Of a stretch of DNA of 64,000 nucleotides, positions 13,992 to 24,189 are shown one piece after another (the first letter of the stretch is position 1; the number at the start of each line of letters is the position of its first letter). A program made the position numbers and the translations under genes. Location: contig NC_058368.1 in the NCBI RefSeq assembly GCF_018350175.1, positions 100,256,001 to 100,320,000 on the forward strand. Direction: 5' to 3'. A model generated the notes under the pieces. That model saw only the letters and a program-made list of their open reading frames with translations, was not told where the DNA came from and searched no databases. Source of the DNA: Felis catus. Taxonomy: Eukaryota.

Positions 13992-15584
13992 ATCTATTCC
14001 CATTCCCATCTGTGTCCCTAAGCAGGCTCCTGTCCCACAGCTCCATCAATAAGCACTCTGGCCACAAGAGGGCAGCATTTAGAAGCAATGAAGGTAGAAA
14101 TCCTGACTGCTGCCCTCGCTGGCCCGGCCAGGGCCCCCTGGCTTCTCCGTTTTTGCTTACTCTAGCAGCAAAACTATAAAAGGGACATGAATTTACTGCT
14201 GAACTCCTATCGAGTGACTCCTTCATCTCTTCCCCTTGCCAACTTTTAAAAGAAATCGTAAATATTTAGGGTATAAATATCAACTTGGCTTCATAACAGG
14301 CCACGCTTTGGCCAGTTTTCTGACAAAACTTACAGAGAATATAGAACGCAAATAATCTAGATCCTATGAGTGATTCAGGCAAGAGGGGCACTTTGCTTCG
14401 ACTGTGCCTGCTTTTATTATGCAGCTGGAAAGTCGAATATATAGTCTACCTAGGTTTTTTTCCCCCTCAAAATGATTGCACAAGTCATTTGTTGACTTTT
14501 CAGTATCTACTTCTTGGGCACCTATTAATGTCATGTGCTGGATGGACAAGGGGAAGGTACACAGAGGACCGCCACAAGAAGAGATAGCAGGCTATGTGGA
14601 TGGATGGTGTGAGTTTGGTGGAAAAAAAACAAACAGATTTTTGAAAAAAGGAAGAGAAAATTCTAGACAGGGAAAGTACTGGCAAATAAAGAAGACACAC
14701 ACCCCATCCCCAGGCACCATGGTATGTGGGGTATGGGAATCTGGCAGCATCCTCGGGGGACAGCTAAGGATAAGTTAGAGTACGAAGAATTTTTTCTCAA
14801 CATTTACAAAAGAAATTGAGGTTACATTTAGCTGATAACAGACCATATGGGGCAATAAAGAAAGGGTTTGGGGCTAGAGCGCATGGGCAGCCTATGAGCA
14901 TGTAATCCACACACGGAAGGGACTCATGGCTGCCTTCATGTTCCAGTGTTACCAGCATGGAATTCTTACTCATTTTTTAACAAGAGCCCCCACATTTTCA
15001 TTTTGCACTTGATTCTGCAAACCATGTAGTGGGAGGTCCTAGATATGCGGAAGCTTGGGTAAAGTAGGACCAGGGAATATCCAGATCTGGGTGTGGGTAA
15101 GAGTCTCCACGACGCCCTGGAAAGCTTGAATTTCTGGAGAAAGTGTATAAAGTATATGGTCATAACTCCCATTGAGACTCGTACTGATGGTCTTTTAGGG
15201 AACGGCTGGCCCCTCACACTTCCGATTAAGGAGGGATAGTGGAGGGAGGCATTGTTCCCGGAGCTCTTACTGTTTTGTGGGTCAGGAAAGGTGCGTCTGC
15301 CCCAGAGCACATGGAGCCTCACTTAGGTTTAGGGGTACTTGGTGCTCAGTCCTTTCCTTTCTGGACCGCAGTGTAAAGTGTGGTGGGAGATTAAAGGGAT
15401 CTTTGTGGGCCTCCCTTAAACCCCACTGTAGGCAATGCTATATCTGGAAGAAGGGCATGTCCTCAGAAACCAGTTCAGCATTTGAACGTGGTGAAGTATG
15501 TTAGACTTTTCCTTTATGCGTCATGATGTCAAGGTTAAAAGCCTTCTCCACTCCTGCTGCCCCAAGACTCCACAGACTCTTAAA

Positions 15585-15586
15585 TT

Positions 15587-15667
<81 letters not shown>

Positions 15668-15690
15668 TTTCTTTCCTCCTTCTTTCTTTC
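15585..15690. repeat. (TTTC)n tetranucleotide microsatellite
   Basis: About 20 perfect TTTC units followed by degenerate units. Confidence 0.98.
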
Positions 15691-15771
15691 ATAGGCTCCA
15701 CACCCAACATGAATCTCATCACCGTGAGATTTAGAGTCTCATGCTCTACTGACTGAGCCAGCCAGGAGCCC
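15591..15771 (-). mobile_element. Short tRNA-like Can-SINE lacking the CT region, with a (GAAA)n tail
   Basis: Reverse strand reads gggctcctggctggctcagtcagtagagcatgagactct...gttgggtgtggagcct; 16-bp TSD gactcttaaatttctt (15575-15590 / 15773-15788). Confidence 0.88.
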
Positions 15772-15789
15772 TGACTCTTAAATTTCTTC

Positions 15790-16250
15790 TAACAATATTT
15801 AGTCTATGTAGCCCTTAAATCATCTGTGATTTCATTATGTATATAGTAGGGATCTGGCTTTTTTTTCCTTAATGAAGTGTTCCAGTATCATTTATTAGTT
15901 TATCCCATTTCTAAATGTGTTCATTTTTTGACATTCCATTCTGTTCTACTGATCTGCTTTCCAATCTCTGCAAAATTATCACACTGTTTACAAACTAGAT
16001 CTTTATAGTATATTCTGATTTAGTATGGCAAAGACCTGTTTCTTTTCCACAATTTTTCCAGGTCTTCTTACTGATTTCTTCTTCTGGATGAATTCTAGAA
16101 TCAAGTGTGTCAAATGACATACATAATTTTGCTAGGATATTAATTTTTACCAAATCAAATTGGAACATCCTTTCAGGAAGAATCCCCATGTTTACAATGC
16201 AGACTCTTTCCCAGAAATACAGTATGCAATTTATGTTTAAAATCACAAAT
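15790..16250 (-). mobile_element. Old L1 ORF2 fragment
   Basis: ttccattctgttctactgatc...tttatagtatattctgat...atgaattctagaatcaag resembles antisense L1M ORF2; diverged. Confidence 0.65.
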
Positions 16251-17796
16251 CCTCAACCCTAAGTTCCTTTCACCCACCCGTGCTAATTTGTTTGTTTTGC
16301 CAGTAACAGTCTTTTTGCACATTTTCTACTTTTTGTGGAACCCTTGACATCTCTTTTCATGGCTATGTGTTTTCACATAACCAAGGAGCAGAGAATACAA
16401 AACAAATTAAGAGTTTGAAGCCAATAAAAACTTCATACTCAGAAATTTTTTAACTACTAGGAGACTTTGTTTCTTAAATTTATGTTGTTAAATTGAATTG
16501 TTTATTCTCCTAAGTGCTATGGAAAAGATGTGGAACATTTTGCCTTAGAGCCTGAGGAAGTTTGTATCAACAATTCCTCTATAATCAGATAGTTAAAATA
16601 TAAAACCAGATGAAATTAAATGCCAAAGATTGCAAATCAATATACATTTGGAAAAGCACTCGTTATATGTAGCTCACTCTATTTTCCAGAAAACCAAAGC
16701 CTTCCGCAATACTCATCTTGTAAAGTGAGGATATTAAGAAAGAAGAAACCTGTTTTTTTATTCAGCCAGTTCGCTTATTCTGCCGTCCAAAGCTAATCAA
16801 GGCATGTGATTAATATTCCCTTAAAATTTCATCGTGGGAAGTGTTTTCACTTAGATTTAATGAAAACCACTTGGAAGCAATTGAACGCTGTAGAGAAGTG
16901 GTTGGTGATTATTCCTCCTTATCAATTAGCATGGATTTAAAGAGTAACTGACAAAGTTTTTATCTCTTTTTCATACTAATGTTGCATCAAAAGGGAAACA
17001 GAAAGATTGACAAATGTCAGAGGGCATCTAGCTTGGGAAAGAAGCCAGAAGCCAGAGAGGTTTGTTGGAGTCAGAGGGAGGACCGGATAGTCGGATGGAA
17101 ACGTGGAGCCCAGCAGGGGGCAGTAGAGGCTCTTGTCTCTCCACCATGTGCAGACATTTCCAATTATCCAGCTTCTTAGCCCATCATTAAGATAAACCTA
17201 ATTTCAATCATCTATGGTCTCCTTGTTGTCATGGAAACTAGGACAGAAGGCGTCAGGGTAGAGCAGGAGGAGTAAAAGTTTGTACGTAAAATCTGAGCCC
17301 TTGAGAAGGACTTTGCTTTTCCCAATCACTGGAGACTCCTATTCATAAAGAACATGAATGTTTCAATAGCCTCTGGACGTGTTATTGTGAGGCTCTTTTC
17401 TTTTTGTTTTTGTTTTTGTTGTTGTTGTTTTTGTTTTCAGTTGGGAAGGGACAATAAAACTTTAATCATCAATAGTTTTCAGCTTAATAGTAAGGCTCTT
17501 GGCACAGTGGAATGGTTTATTCGTTCAAAGGGAGCTCCTTGAAATGCTTGAACTACCAATGACAGTTTGAAAGAGCACAAATTTAAAAATCCCAGGTGTT
17601 TTCAGGCAGAGTCCTGAGACAGCTGAAATGTTACACACAAGAAGGATTTGGAAGAGGGAGACTTCCACAGTAGTTTGGATTAGTATTTCCAGGTCACACC
17701 AAAGTCAAAGAAGAGATTATTCTATACGATGTTTCTCACAGATCTGTCCTGGAAAGAAAAAGCCCTTTCTTTCACAACCTTTATTCTATTTTTCAA

Positions 17797-17994
17797 GTGT
17801 AGTTGGCAGAAAGAACATAGACTTTGGAGCTTAAGGGTTGAACTCAAAGCCCACCTCTACCAATGACTACTTAAGGGATTTGGGGTAAATTATTCCTCCT
17901 TGTGCCTCATTTTTTTGTTGTTGTTTTTAATCTGTAGGAGAGAATTAATATTTGTATTTACCTCATAGGGTTGTGAGGAATCTATGTGAAGCAC
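17797..17994 (+). mobile_element. MIR (5' part; resumes at ~18803-18842 after an LTR insertion)
   Basis: gaaagaacatagactttggagc...tgtgcctcattttt...tacctcatagggttgtgagga...gtgaagcac. Confidence 0.8.
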
Positions 17995-18012
17995 TGTGAT
18001 ATTGTGATTTAT

Positions 18013-18049
<37 letters not shown>

Positions 18050-18802
18050 GCCTTTGTCTCTGTTTTTGGCACATGGGTCATAAAACTCTTGAAATGTCCC
18101 AAGGGATGAGAACTCCAGAAGGTCTTTTATCATGTTAATGAGGTGACTTTCCGGAAGCACTTAAAGAAGAGGGCTGATTGGAACTTTCAATTCTCACCCT
18201 CAGACCTTCAGGGAGGGGGGATGGGCTGGAGCCTGAGTTTGTAGCAGAAGGCCAATGATTTAATTAGTCCTTTGTATGTAACAGAGGTTCCATGAAAACC
18301 CAAAAGGATGAGTTCTGAGAGTTTCCTGGTTGGTGAACACATGGCAATCTGGGTAGAGTGGCACACCAATACAGGACATGGAAATTGTGAGTCCTTTTCC
18401 CATGCCTTGTCCTATGCATTCTTTCCATTTGGCTGTTCCTGGGTTATATCCTTTTATTATAAACCGGTAAATCTGGTAAGTGAACCATATCTGTGAGTTT
18501 GGTGAGCCGCTCTAGCAAATCTGACCCAAGGAGAGGTCTTTGGAACTTCCATTATATACTGGTACATTCAGAAGCACAGGTGACCAGGTAGACTTGTAAC
18601 TACCATCTCAATTAGTAGGGAGGGGGAGGTCTTGCAGGACTGAATCCTTAACCTGAGCCCTTACCTGCAAGTAGTTAGTGTCAGAATTGACTTGAATTGT
18701 GGAACACCCACATGGTGTCTAAGAATTGTTGTTGGCATTAAAGCCACCCTTTCACCTCTCCATCCCCACCCCACCCCCAAGGAATTGGGTGCAGACAGTT
18801 AA
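17995..18802 (+). mobile_element. MER21-like ERV solo LTR
   Basis: Starts TGTGATATTGTGATTTAT...tttggcctttgtctc...taatgaggtgact...tagtgtcagaattgacttgaattgt, as in the recalled MER21 family; gcac on both flanks. Confidence 0.8.
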
Positions 18803-19219
18803 GCACTTAGAATTGTATAGAAGTACTCAACAGACATTGGCTAGTGTGGCAGAGAACATTAGTACTTAAGACCTATTGGTTCCTTTACATTTCCCAGTCT
18901 CCTCTGCATTTATATTAAGGCCCTGTGCCTAAATATAGCCCATGAACTGGGTGGGCAGGAAAGCAGTTAAGAGCCAGTGTGCTCTTAAGGTCTGTTTCCT
19001 GACGGAGAAAACTTGGAGGCTACATGTGTCCAAGATGGAGGAGTGCCACCCAACCGCCATCAAGGTATGATGAGAATGACAAATTATTGTGTTACATCTC
19101 TGAGATTCCAAGGTTAACATTACCACAATGTAAGGATGTCATAGATTTGATAATTAGAGTTTCTTTATAATAACTGTTAATTCTAGATAATGACTAATGT
19201 TAAGTAGCTGACTTTCAGG

Positions 19220-19407
19220 ATTATTTGTTCATTTTGAGAGAGAGCACGAGTGGGGTAGGGACAGAGGGTGAGGGAGAGAAAGCGAATCCCAAGCAGGCTC
19301 CGTGCTGTTAGTGCAGAGCCCGATGCGGGGCTCAAACTCACAAACCGCGGGATCGTGACCTGAACTGAAAGCAAGTCAGTCGCTTAACTGACTCAGCTAC
19401 TCAGGCT
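19220..19407 (-). mobile_element. Can-SINE
   Basis: gaatcccaagcaggctcc...ggatcgtgacctgaactgaa...cttaactgactcagc. Confidence 0.92.
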
Positions 19408-19515
19408 TTAGTTCTTAACAGAATGTAATCTTGTTGAGAGCAAGGCCTTTTTCTTAATTATTATTGAAACCCCAGTACCTAGAATCCTGCTTGATCCTTA
19501 ATAAATGCAAAATAC

Positions 19516-19518
<3 letters not shown>

Positions 19519-19552
<34 letters not shown>
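19519..19552. repeat. (TG)n microsatellite
   Basis: About 17 TG units. Confidence 0.98.
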
Positions 19553-19558
<6 letters not shown>

Positions 19559-20012
19559 AAGGCACTGCATTTTTCCATATGCACAGCACTCTTAATGCAT
19601 TGTGTGGTACACAAGAAGTTAAAGTCAGGACTTTGCCCTCAAGGAATATGTAATCCAAATGAGGAGACAAATACACACTCTCTTCCTTTACTGTTCCCAC
19701 CCCCCCCCCCATGTGCACAAACCAATGACATTGCTACTTCAACTGAGACACCACCTTTAAATGCTAATTTATGCCACAGCCTGAAGATGTGCAGATAACA
19801 GAGCACTCAGCAAGGGTAGCAAAAAGCAGGGACATGGAGAGATAATATCTGAAGAGGTTAGAGAAAGAGAGGGACCTGGATGAGAGAAATACGTTAGTGA
19901 AAGAAATACCTGGAGGCAAGACCCAGGGTTCTGGATATGAGACTACACATCCTAATGAGGCAGGACCAGACAGGAAGAATCATATGTGTTGGAGAAGAGA
20001 AAGAAAGAAAAT

Positions 20013-20445
20013 GCATGGCGGATGCCTCGGTATATTACCCAGATCTTTGCTTTAAGAATAAAGCAACTCTTCCCCAGCCACTAGGACTGTTGCCTTCAGG
20101 CTCTCTCAGCTGAGAGCCTTCCAGAAATTGCTGTCAGCTGAAGAGAGCCATCTGGGCCGAGGTTTCAACCTTTCTGCAGAGGCAGGCCGTATCCAATGGT
20201 TGATTGATGTTAAGATACAAGGGCTGGGCCTCTTGCCTCAATGAAGGGGCAGTTCCTTTGGGCCGTCCCAGCTCCACGCACCCCATGAGATTGATAGAGG
20301 TCTCTGCCTGTGTCCATCTCATGGCTGACATCTCTGGTGGTTTCCCTAGTCCAGCTTCCCTCACTTCCCCAAAGATAGCAATCCAAATGCAGGCTCACTG
20401 CTTCCTCCATGTAAATATCCACCTTGAAATTCGCTCTGCAACAGG
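20013..20445 (+). mobile_element. LTR16-like ERVL solo LTR
   Basis: ggcggatgc...cccagatc...cagctgaagagagcc...atccaatggttgattgatg...cttgcctcaat...gggccgtcccagctcca resembles recalled LTR16C. Confidence 0.75.
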
Positions 20446-22122
20446 TAGTAAGGATGAGGCAAAGACAAGGAAGGTCACACAAGCTAGGAGGAGCTTAAGA
20501 CTTGTTGTAGTAGAAAAAGAGAGTCTCTAATGAACTCTAAGGAAGAGAGTCTGGGAAGGATTTGGCCTGGAAATAGAATGGAGAGTAGGTGGAGGTGAAG
20601 ATCTTATATCTGGAAAAACAAAAATCACTTTGAAGAATTCTGCTGAACAATCTATGGAGCCCTTCGAGGCACTTCCACTGTCTAGACCCCAGAGTATTTG
20701 CTGGAATGTGGCTAGTATTTTGAAGTCCACTTAGGACTCTGAGCTACAAGTCTAATGAAAATAAAGGGAGTGAATTCCATCCTTGGCTGCATTTCAAACA
20801 GGATTGCGTGGAGTAGCCAAAGTTAAATGTGAATTCTAGGTTTCCTGAAGAAAATCTCAGCATTTTGTGATCTTTTAGCGTGTAGAATTGGGATTGTGAG
20901 AGAAGGAGCAACTGAAAGAAAAACTACAGCCCTCTATGGAGAGCTGGCCAGTGCTGTGCCATTCCTACCAGTCAGGTCTTCGTGTTCAGTGATGGCATTG
21001 GCCATAGAATTAAAAACCAGGTGATAGTAGTATTCTGTCAGGGCACACACACACAAGCCAAGGCAGATAGCCAAGAGTAGCCAAGTAGACATAAGCTATG
21101 AAACACATTTCTCAATTAATATTGTAGATTGTTTGATGTGGTAACATTTTCAGACACAACTTATGTAACATTTAGGATATTGTCTCTCCACAGATGGACC
21201 TTTTCTCTCTTGTCAACTGTTGTGATTCTTAACTCTTCCTTTTAAGATGGTTGTAGGATATTGGGAGTAGAAGAACATCATGTCTTAAACCTGATCACTA
21301 TTAGAATGTTGGTTATTCAACAGAAACCACATACACATCTCATAAATGTTATCAATGGAGCCTTGGAAAACTACAATTTTGACTGGAGTAGTTTCTACAA
21401 GTGTTGATTGAATATTTAAAGAAAACTTTGGGGAAAAGCTTAGCCTTCTAAAATGTTTTTATAATGGGGCCATTAGCTCCAGTGAGTTTGGCATGCTGTG
21501 CTGGTCACCCCAGACTGGTGGAACAGATGGTATAAAGTGTCATTGTGGGAATTTCAGTCTTCAGAGGGAAGAACAAAGATAGAATGTCCTTAAGACAGGA
21601 TGTGTGCGATGAATAGTTTTGACTCTAATAAGCCCAGTAGGGTGGGGATTACCGGCTTTCTCAACTCCTTCAGTAAGTGTTTCTTGAGCCCCCCACTTTG
21701 TGCCAAACACCGCATGGGAGGGTATTGGGCAAATTTAGAAAGAATTAGAACTGGTAAGGCTTTCTGAATTCAGAAGGATGAGGGAAAAGGCCAAAGGGGT
21801 GATGGGTTTGGGGAGAGGACTAAAACTTGCAATAGACAAATTAAGAGAGCTGAATGGGGACTGAGTGGCTGCTGTGAGGACAGGTTGCCCAGTCCAATTT
21901 CCCTTGTGTATCCCAGGCGCCAGCAGCTGTGTGAGCAATCCTGTGACTTCTGGAAGCAGAGGCATATGTGGTCTCATGAAATCGCCCAGTCTGCCCTCGA
22001 GTCAGGCCACATCAGCTGACAACACAGGTGTATCCCCACAACTACAGGACTTTGCTAGACTCCTCCATAAATATGGTCAATAAAAGCATGCTGGGATTGT
22101 TGCTAGAAATTAATGAAATACT

Positions 22123-22280
22123 GGGGCGACTGGGTGGCTCCGTTGGTTAAGCGTCATACTCTTGATCTCAGCTCAGGCCATGATCTCACAGTTGGTGAGT
22201 TCAAGCCCCACATCAGGGGCTCCGCGCTGTCAGTGTGGAGCCTGCTTGGGATTCTCTCTTTGCCTCTCTCTCTCTCTGTC
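22123..22280 (+). mobile_element. Can-SINE, 3'-truncated (no A tail)
   Basis: Head and body through the CT region, then unique sequence. Confidence 0.92.
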
Positions 22281-22849
22281 CTTCTCCATGGTGTACCAGA
22301 CCATGCCTCACATTCCCTAAGAGGGAATAGAGGTTCATAAGGTATGTGACAGCACACATGCTGCATATGGGGAGAGAAATCCCTAGGGAACATGAGAGGG
22401 CACCTGTCCTTGGTGTGGAGTCCTTCCAAATGTCTTCCCTAAGCTCCCTAGGGGATGAGAATGGAGAAATCACCCGGTCCCGCAGCATAAGGAACAAGGC
22501 AGGGATGCATTCTCTTTGGACTCCTTCATCTCCCTGCGGACATCCATACCAACATGGACTTTCTTTTCTCCTACGTGTGTAGCTTAGGAGAATGTCTTAG
22601 CTTCTGATAGACTGCAGGTACCTTCTGGAGAGACTGAAGCACTTTTCTCCATTTTTGCTTAATAGAAATAATTCAGTCTAAGTGCCAAGCCTGTGTAAAT
22701 ACTTCCTGACAGACGAAACAGCTTATAAATCCTCAAGAGCTTTTTATTCTGTTTGGAAAATGCTTTCCTCTCTCCGTGTGCCCTGAGGCCTTGTTGTGCA
22801 GGAAGGCCTCACACTCTAAAGAACAAAGACGGGACTTGGTTGTTTTTTG

Positions 22850-23038
22850 GTTTGGTTTTTTTTTTATTTAATTTATTATTTTGAGGAGGCAGAGTGAGAG
22901 AGGGAGAGAGAGAATCCCAAGTAGGCTCCATGCTTCCAGTACAGAGCCTGACATAGCACTCGATCCCATCAACCTCAAGACATTACTCCAGCCTGAATCA
23001 AGTTGGACGCCTAACTGCCTGAGCCACCCGGGTGCCCC
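22850..23038 (-). mobile_element. Can-SINE
   Basis: TSD ggacttggtt on both sides; followed by (AAAC)n at ~23054-23087. Confidence 0.93.
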
Positions 23039-23746
23039 AAGGACTTGGTTTTAAAACAAACAAACAAACAAACAAACAAACAAACAAAAATAGGTATCAT
23101 TGTCCTGGAAGACTGAGGTTCCCTCTGACTCCCCAGTCTTGTCCACTTTGAGCATAAATGCATTAGCAAGAGCAGGAGTGAGCCAGATTCTCAGGATTTC
23201 CTTGTCAGCACTGCTGGGTCCTTGCTTGACAGGTGACAAATGGCTTTTCTTCTTTTCTACTTTCACCCTCAACCCCTGACACATCTGAACTCTTCCTTTT
23301 GGGTCTCCTCTGGCCTTTGAGAATAACAAAGCAGCTGCATGTTAAGCAGAGGTAAAGTAGCCTTTGCAAAGGTTATTTTGACTTTCATAAGCTCCGAGTA
23401 AGAGTGAAGAGAAGTGATTTAACTTGCCTCAAATGACAGTATATTCTGCAGTTCGGAACAACAGCATGTTTGGGGTTTTGCTCATCGTTGTTTTTGGCGT
23501 CATTCCGTAACTCCCATCTGACACACCGAAGCCAGTGGAGAGAAGGGGTGTTCACCTCCTACCCTCTCTTCTGAGCAGGACACTTTGCTTTCTAACTCTT
23601 TACTCCTCTTATTTCATCCTCCTGATGTTAGCATATGTGTGAGCTATGGAGAATACTTAGAGATAGCCTGGTGTATTTCTTTGTAGATATTTTTGTGTAT
23701 TATTTACCTTAATAAAGGCCCTGGAGAACAACTTCCAGAGACATGG

Positions 23747-24189
23747 AGTTGGGAGACCATTCTCCATGAGTCTCTCAAGTTTCTGCACATATTGCCAAAG
23801 AAATACTGATTGTCCTTTTTTCTGGGCCATATTCCTAAGGATGTTTATAGAGTGAACAGTCTTGGATAATATAGTATCTCCCACTAGAGCAACGTGAAGA
23901 CAGGCTCACTGCCCATTATCAAAGATCCAGGTTACCCGAGCTGAGGTATAACCCACTGTGGCATAACCCACTGCATGTGCTGGTGGATTATGACTTTCTT
24001 AACAGTGCCCTGTGGGATCTACGGCTAATAGCATAGAAATGGTAATGCTATTTCTGCGTATAATAATAATTAGCTGTTCTTTGTCTCTGATCCAAGGGAC
24101 TTGTGTCTTCTGCTAACCTCCATGAAACTATGGCAAGCTAACTTGTTTGTATGTAAGTTATAATCTCCATCCCTTCCTAGTTGTTGACA
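23747..24189 (+). mobile_element. LTR40-like ERVL solo LTR
   Basis: gttgggagaccattctccatgagtctctc...ctttgtctctgatcca...catgaaactatggcaagctaacttgtt...ttgaca; 5-bp flanks catgg / catag. Confidence 0.85.
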
